Shown here: one piece after another, positions 10,350 to 20,627 of the stretch | Position numbering within the stretch: the stretch's first letter is position 1 | How the letters are laid out: the number at the start of each line of letters is the position of its first letter | Source: Patescibacteria group bacterium | GTDB taxonomy: Bacteria > Patescibacteriota > Patescibacteriia > UBA10025 > JAHIVO01 | NCBI GenBank assembly: GCA_049325535.1 | Contig: JBMOKY010000001.1 | Coordinates: 557,942 to 621,941, forward strand | Length of the DNA stretch: 64,000 nt | Reading direction: 5' to 3' | The notes under the pieces: model-generated | Database searches by the model: none | What the model saw: only the letters and a program-made list of their open reading frames with translations | What the model was told of the DNA's origin: nothing | Made by a program: the position numbers and the translations under genes

Positions 10350-11171
10350 ATGAAGAAGTTTTTACAGACCCGATTTGGCGTCATCAGCCTTACTGCGGCC
10401 GGTATTGTGCTCCTGATTGCCGCGCAACGCATTGGAATTTTACGACCGATAGAAAACGTATTTACCACAGTCTTTGAACCGGTGCAAAGTTTCTTTACAG
10501 CCGTATCTCAAAACGCAAAGGGTCTTGCCGGTTATTTCAATGATGTAAAATCACTTCGCGAAGAAAATGAACGTCTACAGGAGGAAGTAGCCGCGCTTAC
10601 CGGAAAAAATCTTGCACTTGAAAATTCACTTGATGACGCGGGAATTATTCGGGCTGAACTTGATTTTGTAAATTCTATCCAATATGAATCAGTTCCGGCA
10701 AAGATTATTGGACGAAGTTCCGACGAATTTTTACAGTCAGTTATTATTAATAAAGGTGACCGAGACGGAATTCAAAATGGATACCCGGTCATTAGTGGTT
10801 CGGGCGTGCTGATCGGAAAAATTATTGATACAAATAGTTCAATTGCTAAGGTTTTATTACTCAATGATAACCAAAGCCAAGTCAGCGGGATCATTCAAAA
10901 TGAAGCCAAAAGCCCCGGCATTGTCAAGGGTCAATTTGGCATATCGTTAGTTATGCAACTCATACCACAGGGCGATTCCGTAAGCCAGGGCTCCGTGGTG
11001 ACGACGTCCGGACTTGAAGAATCGATACCCGCGGACCTGCTGATTGGCCGTATCGGTGAAGTTCGGAAAATAGAAGGGGAGCTATTTCAGGAAACAACTA
11101 TCGAACCCCTTGTCGAGTACAATACCATGCGCATCGTAACCGTAATACTCCCATTCAATGATCAAGAATAG
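10350..11171 (+). CDS. mreC: Rod shape-determining protein MreC
   Basis: N-terminal TM, a coiled coil (LREENERLQEEVAALTGKNLALENSL) and a beta-rich C-terminus. Sits between mreB and mreD. Confidence 0.75.
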   Translation: MKKFLQTRFGVISLTAAGIVLLIAAQRIGILRPIENVFTTVFEPVQSFFTAVSQNAKGLAGYFNDVKSLREENERLQEEVAALTGKNLALENSLDDAGIIRAELDFVNSIQYESVPAKIIGRSSDEFLQSVIINKGDRDGIQNGYPVISGSGVLIGKIIDTNSSIAKVLLLNDNQSQVSGIIQNEAKSPGIVKGQFGISLVMQLIPQGDSVSQGSVVTTSGLEESIPADLLIGRIGEVRKIEGELFQETTIEPLVEYNTMRIVTVILPFNDQE

Positions 11172-11691
11172 TTTATTTGCATTACTCATCATTTTTATTG
11201 CCCTCTGCTATCTTAGCTTCACCCAGACGTTCGATGTGCTGGACCTGCTCATCCATTTACCGCTCGTTCTTTCAGTATTTATAACCGTTTATTATGGGTA
11301 TGACCGAGGATACGTATTTGCGCTCGGCTCGGGAATTATTCTAGATATTTATGGATCCAGTATTTTTGGTACCTATACCATTGCCATGATACTGCCGGTG
11401 ATCGTTATATATAGCTCATTCCGTCGATTATTTGCTCGAAAATCTCTCTACTCGTTGATCGTATTGATGATGGCAAGCACCATCGTATACCACGCGACAG
11501 TATGGGCGCTGACTGTTTTGTACTTTTGGTTCGGATGGCGCGAATTTGGAGCCCCGTCATTAGTTTCGCTTGCGCCCGGTATACTGTATCAAACCGTTAC
11601 GCATATTATACTGGTCATCAGCTTATTCGGCGTATTTCGTATGGTGAGCGCTCGTTTTGGCGCTCAATTTAGATTAAGCCCCCGCGTCTAG
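11158..11691 (+). CDS. mreD: Rod shape-determining protein MreD (polytopic membrane protein)
   Basis: 177 aa with about 5 TM helices. Overlaps the mreC stop. Standard mreBCD-PBP2 synteny. Confidence 0.6.
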   Translation: MIKNSLFALLIIFIALCYLSFTQTFDVLDLLIHLPLVLSVFITVYYGYDRGYVFALGSGIILDIYGSSIFGTYTIAMILPVIVIYSSFRRLFARKSLYSLIVLMMASTIVYHATVWALTVLYFWFGWREFGAPSLVSLAPGILYQTVTHIILVISLFGVFRMVSARFGAQFRLSPRV

Positions 11692-11693
11692 CT

Positions 11694-13610
11694 ATGAACA
11701 ACCGACGTGACATTTTTGCCATCGGTGACGCTCACATGAAGCGAGTTTCACGACGATATACCCACACCGCATGGGTTGAAAACTCATATGCTCCAAATTT
11801 CGGTGAACATAGTTATATCTCTTCAAATTTTGACGTTGGACGGCTCCGTTGGGTATTTATTGCTGCCATCGCATTTTTCGGCATTTTAATTGTCCGTACT
11901 GGGTATTTACAGATCGTGGAAGGCGGTGATTTTCGCGCTGCAGCCGAGGAAAACCGCATTCGAATTCATGAAATTAAAGCACCTCGAGGTGTTTTGTACG
12001 ACCGTAACGGTGAAGTACTGGCCCATAATGTGCCCAATTTCATTTTAACCGTGACCCCGGCTGATTTACCACGAGAAGCCCAGGAGCGGCAGCGTTTGTA
12101 TGATACCATTGCGTCAACGACAGGAACAGATGTAAATGAAATCGAATTAAAAATTTCTGAACTGGATAAAAACTCATATTCAGCTTTTTCCATCATAGAG
12201 CACATACCATACGAAACGGCCCTTTTGCTGCAAATCACCAGCCAGTCATTACCTGGAATTGCCGTTCAAGCCGATACATTTCGCGAATATACAAAAGGTG
12301 AGTACTTTTCAAATGTACTTGGGTATTTAAGTAAAATCTCAAAACTCGAGCTGGAAACAAGACCCGACTACTTATTTGACGACGTGATTGGTAAGGCGGG
12401 TATTGAGCAGCTCTATGAATCCGACCTGCGCGGAACGTACGGAAAAAAGGAGGTTGAAGTAGATTCGCTCGGAAAAGAAAACTCCGTCGTCAGTGAGGCT
12501 TCTCCCATTCCCGGAAAAAATATTCACTTGACTCTTGATGCAGGACTGCAGGAAAGACTCGGCACAGCATTGCGAGAGGTTATCGATGCTCGACATGAGA
12601 GCTCTGGCGGCGCGGCGGTTGCCATGGATCCACGCACTGGTGAAATACTTGCTCTGCTCACGTACCCAACCTATGACAATAATGAATTTAATTCTGGTAT
12701 CGCTCCTGAACGCTACCAGGAATTGATTTCAAACCCAGATCAACCCCTTTTTAATCGGCCAATATCGGGAGAGTACCCGTCAGGATCTACCATTAAGCCG
12801 TTAATCGCCCTGGCAGGACTCGCCGAAGGTATCACCACACCGCAGACATCGTTTCTGAGCACGGGCGGTATTCAGATTGGACAGTGGTTTTTCCCTGATT
12901 GGAAGGCTGGTGGCCATGGTCAAACAAATTTAGCAAAAGCGCTGGCAGAGTCTGTTAATACATATTTTTACATGGTCGGTGGCGGTGATGAAACTCACGA
13001 GGGTTTGGGAGTCGACCGAATTCGGAATTATTTGGAATTATTCGGGCTGAACAATACGCTTGGCGTCGATTTGCCTGGAGAGTCAAAAGGATTTTTGCCC
13101 ACGAAAGAATGGAAAGAAGAAACCAAAGGGGAACGCTGGTATATCGGTGATACGTATCACTTGAGCATCGGGCAAGGCGATTTACTCGTCACACCACTGC
13201 AGGTGGCCACCTATACCTCAGCCATCGCCAATGGAGGTACGGTCTACCGTCCATACCTCGTCCGCTCCTTTACCAATACCCGTGAGGGAACGACCATTCT
13301 CGTTGAACCAACTATCCTACGTAACAATTTTGTCAGAGCCGACCATATTACCGCAGTTCAAAATGGCTTGCGCGAGGCTGTCCTATCGGGGAGTGCTCGC
13401 CGTCTTCAGGAGCTACCCGTCTCGTCAGCTGCAAAAACCGGTACCGCTCAATTTGGATCAAGTGAAAAAACACACTCATGGTTTACTGCCTATGCACCGT
13501 ATGAAAATCCGGAAATTGTTATTACGGTTATCGTCGAATCAGGCGGGGAAGGCAATGACTCAGCTCTCCCGGTGGCCCTTCAAGCCCTCAACTACTGGTT
13601 TACCCGCTAG
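11694..13610 (+). CDS. mrdA: Penicillin-binding protein 2 (elongasome transpeptidase)
   Basis: Transpeptidase motifs SGSTIKP (SxxK), SVN and KTGTAQ. N-terminal TM. Follows mreD. Confidence 0.85.
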   Translation: MNNRRDIFAIGDAHMKRVSRRYTHTAWVENSYAPNFGEHSYISSNFDVGRLRWVFIAAIAFFGILIVRTGYLQIVEGGDFRAAAEENRIRIHEIKAPRGVLYDRNGEVLAHNVPNFILTVTPADLPREAQERQRLYDTIASTTGTDVNEIELKISELDKNSYSAFSIIEHIPYETALLLQITSQSLPGIAVQADTFREYTKGEYFSNVLGYLSKISKLELETRPDYLFDDVIGKAGIEQLYESDLRGTYGKKEVEVDSLGKENSVVSEASPIPGKNIHLTLDAGLQERLGTALREVIDARHESSGGAAVAMDPRTGEILALLTYPTYDNNEFNSGIAPERYQELISNPDQPLFNRPISGEYPSGSTIKPLIALAGLAEGITTPQTSFLSTGGIQIGQWFFPDWKAGGHGQTNLAKALAESVNTYFYMVGGGDETHEGLGVDRIRNYLELFGLNNTLGVDLPGESKGFLPTKEWKEETKGERWYIGDTYHLSIGQGDLLVTPLQVATYTSAIANGGTVYRPYLVRSFTNTREGTTILVEPTILRNNFVRADHITAVQNGLREAVLSGSARRLQELPVSSAAKTGTAQFGSSEKTHSWFTAYAPYENPEIVITVIVESGGEGNDSALPVALQALNYWFTR

Positions 13611-13637
13611 CGAGTTTACGTCGTGTGGATAAGTGTC

Positions 13638-13666
13638 TTGACAGGGCGAGTAACATTGATTAGAAT
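13638..13666 (+). promoter_or_regulatory. Sigma70-like promoter for greA: TTGACA, 17-nt spacer, TAGAAT
   Basis: Near-consensus -35 and -10 hexamers with 17-nt spacing. Leaves a ~100-nt leader before the greA ATG. Confidence 0.55.
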
Positions 13667-13764
13667 AGTTCAGCATAATAAACATACATGGCAGGCAACT
13701 TGGATCCCATCACGATTCCTTTCGTGAGTGATTCATTTTAGTCTCACAAGCTAATGAACCTCGT

Positions 13765-14235
13765 ATGACAGTAGAACAAAATACATTCATCACCAAAAAA
13801 GGCCTAGAAAAATTAAAGGCTGAGCTTGACCAGCTTAAAAACGTTAAACGAGCTGAAATAGCAGATCGCATTCAAACGGCCAAAGAGCTGGGAGATCTAT
13901 CTGAGAATGCCGAATACTCAGAGGCAAAAAATGCGCAGGCTTTTGTAGAAGGTCGAATCATGGAAATTGAAACTATACTTCGAAGTGCTACCATCATAGA
14001 AAACACGCATAACGATCACGGTATTGTCCAGGTAGGTTCAAAGATTAAGATAAAAGACGATATAGGCGAACGAGAATACGTCATCGTGGGGTCAAACGAA
14101 TCCGACCCTGCATCAGGAAGAATCTCCAATCAATCGCCGATGGGTCAGGCTTTTTTGGGCAAAAAGAAAGGCGACGTCGTAGAAATTGACCTTCCGGTCG
14201 GAACAAAAAAAATTGAAATCGTTGCCATTCAGTAG
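13765..14235 (+). CDS. greA: Transcription elongation factor GreA
   Basis: ITKKGLEKLKAELDQLKNVKRAEIADRIQTAKELGDLSENAEYSEAK is the canonical GreA N-terminal coiled coil. Confidence 0.9.
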   Translation: MTVEQNTFITKKGLEKLKAELDQLKNVKRAEIADRIQTAKELGDLSENAEYSEAKNAQAFVEGRIMEIETILRSATIIENTHNDHGIVQVGSKIKIKDDIGEREYVIVGSNESDPASGRISNQSPMGQAFLGKKKGDVVEIDLPVGTKKIEIVAIQ

Positions 14236-14317
14236 GCCCCAGTGAACCATCCCGCCGTCAGTGGCAGGTTGCTGAGTGAGTATTTTTTTGGTATGATACC
14301 ACCATACTTTTAGCTTT

Positions 14318-15805
14318 TTGAGCATGTCACGAAAAGAAGAAGAATATACAATTCGCTTGAAAAAAGCCGCAGCAGCCCGAAAGCAGGGGATTGACCCGTA
14401 CCCTGGCCGCGTGGAGCGTTCACACACGCTTATTCAGGTACGTGCGAGATTTGACGATTTAGAAAAGACGCAGTCACCTGTTCAAATCGTTGGTCGGCTC
14501 ATGACCATTCGGGCTCACGGTGGTTCCACATTTGCCACTATTGATGACGGGAGCTCTACTTTCCAAATTTATCTGAAGCGGGACACCATTGGAGAAAGTA
14601 TGTATCAGCAGTTTTCGGACATTTTTGATGCTGGTGATTTTGTTGGAGTGACCGGTACTCTTTTCCGTACCAAAAAGAATGAAATGACTGTTTTGGTAAC
14701 TGCGTGCACATTGTTGACTAAAACGCTGTTACCGCTGCCTGAAAAATGGCACGGGTTATCAGATATTGAGATTCGATACCGACAGCGCTATCTCGATCTA
14801 CTGAGTAATCCCGCTGTTCGAAGTATATTTATCAAACGGGCAAAGCTTATTGAAACTATTCGAAACGTAGTGACGGCGAATGGATTTATGGAAGTTGATA
14901 CGCCGATGCTCCAGCCACTGGCTGGTGGCGCTACCGCACGACCGTTTATTACTCATCACAATGCCCTTGATGCTGATTTGTACCTCCGCGTCGCCCCTGA
15001 ACTGTATCTCAAGCGCCTGCTGGTAGGTGGTTTTGAAAAAGTATTCGAAATAGCGCGCTGTTTCCGAAACGAAGGTATTGATCGGGATCATAATCCTGAA
15101 TTCACACAGATTGAACTATATGCGGCCTACTGGGATTATAAAAAAATGATGCAGTTCACTGAGGAGATCTTTGAAGCGGTTGTAATGGCGCTCCACGACA
15201 CGCTAATAATTCATACACATGATTTTGACATTGATTTTACCCCTCCCTTTGCTCGCCTGACTTTTCGTGACGCCATTTTGCAATACGCCCGAATTGATAT
15301 TGATGCCATGGATAAACCGACGCTGTTCCAGTCAGCCAGATCATTTGGTTTGGACATACCCACCCATGCCAGTAAGGCAAAGATTCTCGATGAATTATTC
15401 AAAGAAACGGTACGGAAAAATATTGTTGACCCGACGTTCATCATGGATTACCCCATCGAATTGTCCCCCCTGGCAAAAAAAATTCCGACACAGGAGCGAT
15501 ATGTGGAACGATTTCAGCTGGTGGCCGGGCATAGGGAACTGTGCAATGCCTTTACTGAACTGAATGATCCGGTGGACCAACGGGCTCGATTTGAAGAGCA
15601 GGAAAAAATGCGCGCTGATGGTGATGATGAGGCGCAACGGATTGATGAAGATTTTATAGAAGCGCTCGCTCACGGTATGCCGCCGACGGCCGGCATTGGC
15701 ATCGGTATTGATCGGCTTGCCGCATTGTTGACCGATTCACAAAATTTGAAGGAAGTGATTCTTTTTCCTACCCTCAAACCAAAGCAGAGTGATTATGAAA
15801 ACTAG
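14318..15805 (+). CDS. lysS: Lysyl-tRNA synthetase, class II
   Basis: OB-fold N-terminus. RYRQRYLDL, FRNEGIDRDHNPEFTQIE (motif 2) and GIGIGIDRL (motif 3). Confidence 0.9.
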   Translation: MSMSRKEEEYTIRLKKAAAARKQGIDPYPGRVERSHTLIQVRARFDDLEKTQSPVQIVGRLMTIRAHGGSTFATIDDGSSTFQIYLKRDTIGESMYQQFSDIFDAGDFVGVTGTLFRTKKNEMTVLVTACTLLTKTLLPLPEKWHGLSDIEIRYRQRYLDLLSNPAVRSIFIKRAKLIETIRNVVTANGFMEVDTPMLQPLAGGATARPFITHHNALDADLYLRVAPELYLKRLLVGGFEKVFEIARCFRNEGIDRDHNPEFTQIELYAAYWDYKKMMQFTEEIFEAVVMALHDTLIIHTHDFDIDFTPPFARLTFRDAILQYARIDIDAMDKPTLFQSARSFGLDIPTHASKAKILDELFKETVRKNIVDPTFIMDYPIELSPLAKKIPTQERYVERFQLVAGHRELCNAFTELNDPVDQRARFEEQEKMRADGDDEAQRIDEDFIEALAHGMPPTAGIGIGIDRLAALLTDSQNLKEVILFPTLKPKQSDYEN

Positions 15806-16349
15806 AGAGGAAGCACTCGCTCTGCTCAAGCAGTACGTTGCCAATGAAAATTTACGCAAACACATGTACGCTGTCGAGGCGGCCATGCGCGCGTATGCTC
15901 AAAAATTTGGAGAGGACCCGGACTGGTGGGGTTTGGTCGGACTACTGCATGATTTTGATTATGAACGGTATCCTGACCTGAAAGATCACCCCTTTCGCGG
16001 TGCTGAAATACTCCGCATCGAAGGCTATCCTGAAGATTTTATTGAAACAATTTTAGCCCACGCAGCCCATACCGGCAAACCACGCGACACTCAGGCAAAA
16101 AAGACGATTTTCGCAGTTGATGAACTGTGTGGCCTGATAATCGCCGTAGCCCTGGTTCGGCCAAATAAAAGGCTTATTGAGGTAGAGGTGTCTTCAATAA
16201 AGAAAAAAATGAAAGACAAAGCATTTGCCCGTCAGGTAAATCGTGATGAAATCAAACAAGGAGCCGAGGAGCTCGGCGTTTCACTCGATGACCATATACG
16301 CACTGTACTGACCGCACTCCAGTCTATACATCAAACTTTAGGATTATAA
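15795..16349 (+). CDS. HD-domain (HDIG-type) phosphohydrolase
   Basis: LLHDFDYERYPD contains the HD motif. About 185 aa. Internal ATG at 15795 preferred over the GTG at 15789. Confidence 0.65.
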   Translation: MKTREEALALLKQYVANENLRKHMYAVEAAMRAYAQKFGEDPDWWGLVGLLHDFDYERYPDLKDHPFRGAEILRIEGYPEDFIETILAHAAHTGKPRDTQAKKTIFAVDELCGLIIAVALVRPNKRLIEVEVSSIKKKMKDKAFARQVNRDEIKQGAEELGVSLDDHIRTVLTALQSIHQTLGL

Positions 16350-16358
16350 TACAATACT

Positions 16359-16838
16359 ATGCCTCTCACCCTGACCACTACCGACATCGTAATCCGTATT
16401 CTTCTTTCGATTTTATTGACCGGCTTAATCGGCATCGAACGAAAGTTTTACCATAAACCAGCTGGCCTCAGAACTAATATTCTGGTTGGTTTAGGCTCGA
16501 CCGTATTGATGTTGATTTCAATCTCGGCAATTATTCAGTACGACCCAAACCACGTCACTGATATTACTCGCATCGCCGCCCAGGTAGTCACCGGCATCGG
16601 TTTTTTAGGCGCTGGGGCGATTATACAGGGACGCGGCTCAATCCATGGGCTTACCACCGCAGCCACTATATGGGTGGTCGCCGCAATCGGCATGGCCGTC
16701 GGGCTTGGCTTATACCTGATATCGATTTTTGGCACGCTTGGCGCCTTAATGGTTTTAGTAGTTCTCGGACGGATTGAGTATCGCATGGAACACCGGCACG
16801 ATAGCGTAGACACTCCGACTGACCAATCTGGACAATAA
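16359..16838 (+). CDS. MgtC/SapB-family membrane protein
   Basis: GIERKFYHKPAGLRTNILVGLGSTVLM matches the MgtC N-terminal signature. 4-5 TM helices. Confidence 0.7.
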   Translation: MPLTLTTTDIVIRILLSILLTGLIGIERKFYHKPAGLRTNILVGLGSTVLMLISISAIIQYDPNHVTDITRIAAQVVTGIGFLGAGAIIQGRGSIHGLTTAATIWVVAAIGMAVGLGLYLISIFGTLGALMVLVVLGRIEYRMEHRHDSVDTPTDQSGQ

Positions 16839-16850
16839 TAGTATTTTTCT

Positions 16851-18122
16851 ATGCTCGACATAAAAAAACTACAAAAAGATCCCAAGGGCTATGAGAAATT
16901 GTTAGCTTCACGTGGTGAGCAATATCCAGCCTTGGTGAAAAAAACCGTAGCTGCCCACAGTGCATTTGTCGAAGCGCAGCAGGCTATTGAAACTATCAAA
17001 GCCAAAAAGAATGCTTTTTCCCGGACCATAGCCCAGTTGTCCCACGCTGAAAAAGCGACAAAGCTCAAGGAGCTTGCCCAGCTGACCGAGCAGGAAAAAG
17101 AATTGACCATTCGCCACGAAATTGCCCACAAAGAGATGCATGAAGCACTCCGGGTCATCCCAAATATTCCAGCTTCGGAAACGCCGGTAGGGAAGAGTGA
17201 TGCGGATAATACGGTTATAAAGACGGTCGGGGATCCGCCAATGTTTTCGTTTGACCCACTTGATTATGTCACCCTCGCAGAACGACATAAGCTCATTGAC
17301 ACCGAACGTGCGGCAAAAGTAAGCGGTTCGCGTTTTGGCTATCTGCTTGGGGATGGCGCATTACTCTGGAACGCACTTGTCCAGTACACTCTTTCCGTCA
17401 TAACTCGAAAAGGATTTATTCCTTTTTTCTCACCTGTACTGGTCCGTGCCGAAGTGATGCGCGATTCGGGTTATGATTCCTATGTCGAAGGTGGCGAAGC
17501 CTACTACCTCAAAGATGATGATTTATACTTGGTCGGTACCGGCGAACACGCACTCTTACCATTCCATCGCGACGAAATACTCTCAGAAGACACTTTACCG
17601 CGAAAATACACTACCTACTCCAGCTGCTTCAGGCGAGAAGCTGGGAGCTACGGGAAGGACACCAAAGGAATCCTCCGCGTTCACCAGTTTGAGAAGCAGG
17701 AAATGGTAGTTCTGTGCACGCCTGAAACGTCAGATACCACTTTTGCGGAACTCGTCGCCCTGCAGGAACACATAATCAGCGGACTTGGACTGCCATATCA
17801 TTTATTGGCAGTATGCACTGGTGATTTACCTCGACCTTCGGCCCAAGTTATTGATTTGGAATGCTGGATCCCCTCAGAGAAAAAGTATCGCGAAACGCAC
17901 TCGGCTTCAAACTGCACTGACTATCAGGCGCGAGACAACAACATACGATACAAAGGTGCTGCCGGAACCCAATTCGTCCATATACTAAATGCCACAGCGA
18001 TAACTCCTCGGACACTCATAGCCATCCTGGAAAATTATCAATTGCCTGACGGTTCTATCGGTATTCCGACCGTGCTTCAGCCGTACTTGAATGGTAAAAA
18101 GATTATTTCCCAAAAAGACTAA
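16851..18122 (+). CDS. serS: Seryl-tRNA synthetase
   Basis: N-terminal tRNA-binding coiled coil (MLDIKKLQKDPKGYEKLL...) and a class II catalytic core. 423 aa. Confidence 0.9.
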   Translation: MLDIKKLQKDPKGYEKLLASRGEQYPALVKKTVAAHSAFVEAQQAIETIKAKKNAFSRTIAQLSHAEKATKLKELAQLTEQEKELTIRHEIAHKEMHEALRVIPNIPASETPVGKSDADNTVIKTVGDPPMFSFDPLDYVTLAERHKLIDTERAAKVSGSRFGYLLGDGALLWNALVQYTLSVITRKGFIPFFSPVLVRAEVMRDSGYDSYVEGGEAYYLKDDDLYLVGTGEHALLPFHRDEILSEDTLPRKYTTYSSCFRREAGSYGKDTKGILRVHQFEKQEMVVLCTPETSDTTFAELVALQEHIISGLGLPYHLLAVCTGDLPRPSAQVIDLECWIPSEKKYRETHSASNCTDYQARDNNIRYKGAAGTQFVHILNATAITPRTLIAILENYQLPDGSIGIPTVLQPYLNGKKIISQKD

Positions 18123-18126
18123 CACC

Positions 18127-19266
18127 ATGAACCGCAGACTATATCCGAGCTGGGTGGAGATCTCCCGTAGCGCGATTCGGCACAACCTCCGGCAACTCAA
18201 AAAACTGATCCCGCAATCAAGCAAATTCATGGCGGTGATAAAAGCAAATGCCTACGGCCATGATATGAAACTCATGGCACCAGTTCTCGCTTCTATGGGC
18301 GTGCGGTGGTTTGGGGTAGCCAGCCTGGAAGAAGCCTTGGCACTGCGACCCCTGGTTAGCCATTCAACCCGCATACAGGTACTTAGTTACTACCGCGATG
18401 ACCTACTCACAACCGCTATCACACGCCAAATTCGGCTCACCGTATATAGTTACGATGCGGCACGCCGCATTAATTCCATTGCCCAGCGTCACCACACACG
18501 GGCGTATCTCCACCTCAAAGTTGATACCGGTACTTCACGTTTGGGTGTATTACCAAATGAAGTGGTCGCGATTGCCCAACACATCCGGGGATTATCGCAT
18601 TGTGTATTAGAAGGCATTTTTTCACATTTAGCTGACGCGGAAAATCCCAATCAACGAGTCACGCAAACGCAGCTACGAGTATTTACCCGTGTATTGGAGA
18701 GTCTGACAAAAAATGGCCTGACCATTCCGATTCGCCATATCGCATGCTCTGCTGCGACTATACTCAATAAAAAATCCCATTTTGATATGGTGCGTATGGG
18801 AATTTCACTATACGGCCTGTGGTCAATAGAAAGCTCTAGAACGCATGTACATCCAGGCATTACACTCAAACCAGCCCTCTCCTGGTACGCCCGCATTATT
18901 CAGATAAAACGCCTCAGCCGCGGCACAGCAATCGGCTATGGTCAAACATACCGCGTCAGGCGACCAATGACCATCGCGGTATTACCGGTCGGGTATTGGG
19001 ACGGCTATGACCGCCGCCTTTCAAACAAGGGATACGTATTGATCAAAGGAAAAAAATGCCCTATTCGCGGTCGGATATGTATGAACCTATGCATGGTAGA
19101 TGTCAGTTCCATCCCGGATATACGGGCCGGTGACAAGGCAACTCTGATTGGGTATAATAATAATAAGCATATTTCCGTCGAAATCCTGGCAAACCTGATG
19201 GGAACTATTAACTATGAAGTAGTAACTCGGATCAACCATTCCATTCCACGCATACTAACTTCATAA
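18127..19266 (+). CDS. alr: Alanine racemase
   Basis: PLP-lysine motif VIKANAYGHD. About 380 aa. ATG at 18127 preferred over the upstream extension that overlaps serS. Confidence 0.85.
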   Translation: MNRRLYPSWVEISRSAIRHNLRQLKKLIPQSSKFMAVIKANAYGHDMKLMAPVLASMGVRWFGVASLEEALALRPLVSHSTRIQVLSYYRDDLLTTAITRQIRLTVYSYDAARRINSIAQRHHTRAYLHLKVDTGTSRLGVLPNEVVAIAQHIRGLSHCVLEGIFSHLADAENPNQRVTQTQLRVFTRVLESLTKNGLTIPIRHIACSAATILNKKSHFDMVRMGISLYGLWSIESSRTHVHPGITLKPALSWYARIIQIKRLSRGTAIGYGQTYRVRRPMTIAVLPVGYWDGYDRRLSNKGYVLIKGKKCPIRGRICMNLCMVDVSSIPDIRAGDKATLIGYNNNKHISVEILANLMGTINYEVVTRINHSIPRILTS

Positions 19267-19274
19267 TAAAACCT

Positions 19275-19487
19275 ATGCCAAACGGCTCTATGTATGATAA
19301 GGGTGACACCGTACCCGAAACAGGTGAGTATGTATGCTCACCCTGCGGGTATCGCCATCAATACCAGGCCGGGGAACACTTCGGTGAGTGCACATCGTGC
19401 TTGTCAGGCACGGATGACGGCCATCCTGAGTATGTCGACGGATCGGGCCTCTGGGAAAAAGCGATCGATACACCTATCACTGAATAA
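19275..19487 (+). CDS. Small rubredoxin-like zinc-ribbon protein
   Basis: 70 aa with CSPCGY ... ECTSCLSG, two CxxC knuckles. Acidic. Lies between alr and ddl. Confidence 0.45.
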   Translation: MPNGSMYDKGDTVPETGEYVCSPCGYRHQYQAGEHFGECTSCLSGTDDGHPEYVDGSGLWEKAIDTPITE

Positions 19488-19498
19488 CTACACGACTG

Positions 19499-20626
19499 AT
19501 GAATGGTCACATCAAACTCCGTATCGGGGTGCTGTTCGGCGGACGCTCCGGAGAGCATGAAGTTTCGCTGGTTTCGGCAAAATCAGTTATTGGCGCGCTG
19601 GATCAATCACGATATGAGATAGTACCCATCGGGATAACGAAGGAAGGTCGCTGGATTGCTGGTCCTGATGCGCTGAGGTCTCTCACGTCAGCGAGGCAAA
19701 CGCTGCGTCCATCCGATGCCATCATCACCCCGGACGCTACCACACATGCGCTCACCATGCTCAGAAATGATGGACACGGGGAACAACCGCTCGACGTCAT
19801 ATTTCCCGTGCTCCATGGCACCTATGGCGAGGATGGGACGATACAGGGACTCCTTGATTTGGCTGACCTGCCGTATGTTGGTTCAGGCGTGCTCGGATCG
19901 GCTGTCTGCATGGATAAAGTTATCCAGAAGCAAATCTGCTCTCACGAACAGCTGCCGACGGTACAATACACGCATACGACTCGACATGAATATAGCAATG
20001 CACCGGATGATGTACACCGACGCATCACGCCACTTGGATACCCACTCTTTATCAAGCCTGCCAATCTCGGATCATCAGTCGGTATCTCAAAAGTCCACGG
20101 ACCCGATGAGCTAGCCGCAGCTCTCGATCGGGCATTTGGCTATGATCATAAAGTAATCATAGAAGCGGCAGTGCCCAATGCCATGGAAATAGAGGTGGCT
20201 CTTCTGGGCAATGAAGACCCGCAAGCATCGGTTGCTGGGCAAATCATCGCTTCTAACGAGTTTTATGATTATGACGCTAAGTATGTAGATGGCGCCTCAC
20301 GCGTGATAATTCCCGCACCACTGACCCCGGCGTTGTCAGATGCCATCCGAAGTCTGGCGGTAAAAGCATTCACCGCCTGTAATTGTGCTGGCATGGCACG
20401 TGTCGATTTTTTGATTGATGAAAAAAAGCAGGAAATTTTCCTCAATGAGATTAACACCATACCTGGATTTACCAGTATATCCATGTACCCCAAACTGTGG
20501 CAGGCCACGGGTGTATCCTACGGCCAGCTGCTCGATCGACTGATTGAGCTGGCAATCCAGCGCCATGAACAAAAGCGCAATCAAAAAACTTCATATAACC
20601 CTTCTTCGGAGTGGTTCCAAAAATAA
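19499..20626 (+). CDS. ddl: D-alanine--D-alanine ligase
   Basis: IGVLFGGRSGEHEVSLVSAKSV N-terminus and an ATP-grasp core. The alr-ddl pairing fits a D-Ala pathway. Confidence 0.9.
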   Translation: MNGHIKLRIGVLFGGRSGEHEVSLVSAKSVIGALDQSRYEIVPIGITKEGRWIAGPDALRSLTSARQTLRPSDAIITPDATTHALTMLRNDGHGEQPLDVIFPVLHGTYGEDGTIQGLLDLADLPYVGSGVLGSAVCMDKVIQKQICSHEQLPTVQYTHTTRHEYSNAPDDVHRRITPLGYPLFIKPANLGSSVGISKVHGPDELAAALDRAFGYDHKVIIEAAVPNAMEIEVALLGNEDPQASVAGQIIASNEFYDYDAKYVDGASRVIIPAPLTPALSDAIRSLAVKAFTACNCAGMARVDFLIDEKKQEIFLNEINTIPGFTSISMYPKLWQATGVSYGQLLDRLIELAIQRHEQKRNQKTSYNPSSEWFQK

Positions 20627-20627
20627 T

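Noticed and set aside
16535-17288. Minus-strand ORFs of 89-126 aa overlapping MgtC and serS
   Set aside because: They are antisense to confidently identified genes, and their translations are Trp/Cys/Ser-rich shadows.
20544-20627. Upstream extension of the FtsQ-like ORF that overlaps ddl by 83 nt
   Set aside because: An ATG at 20628 lies 1 nt after the ddl stop and gives a typical short cytoplasmic tail before the TM helix.
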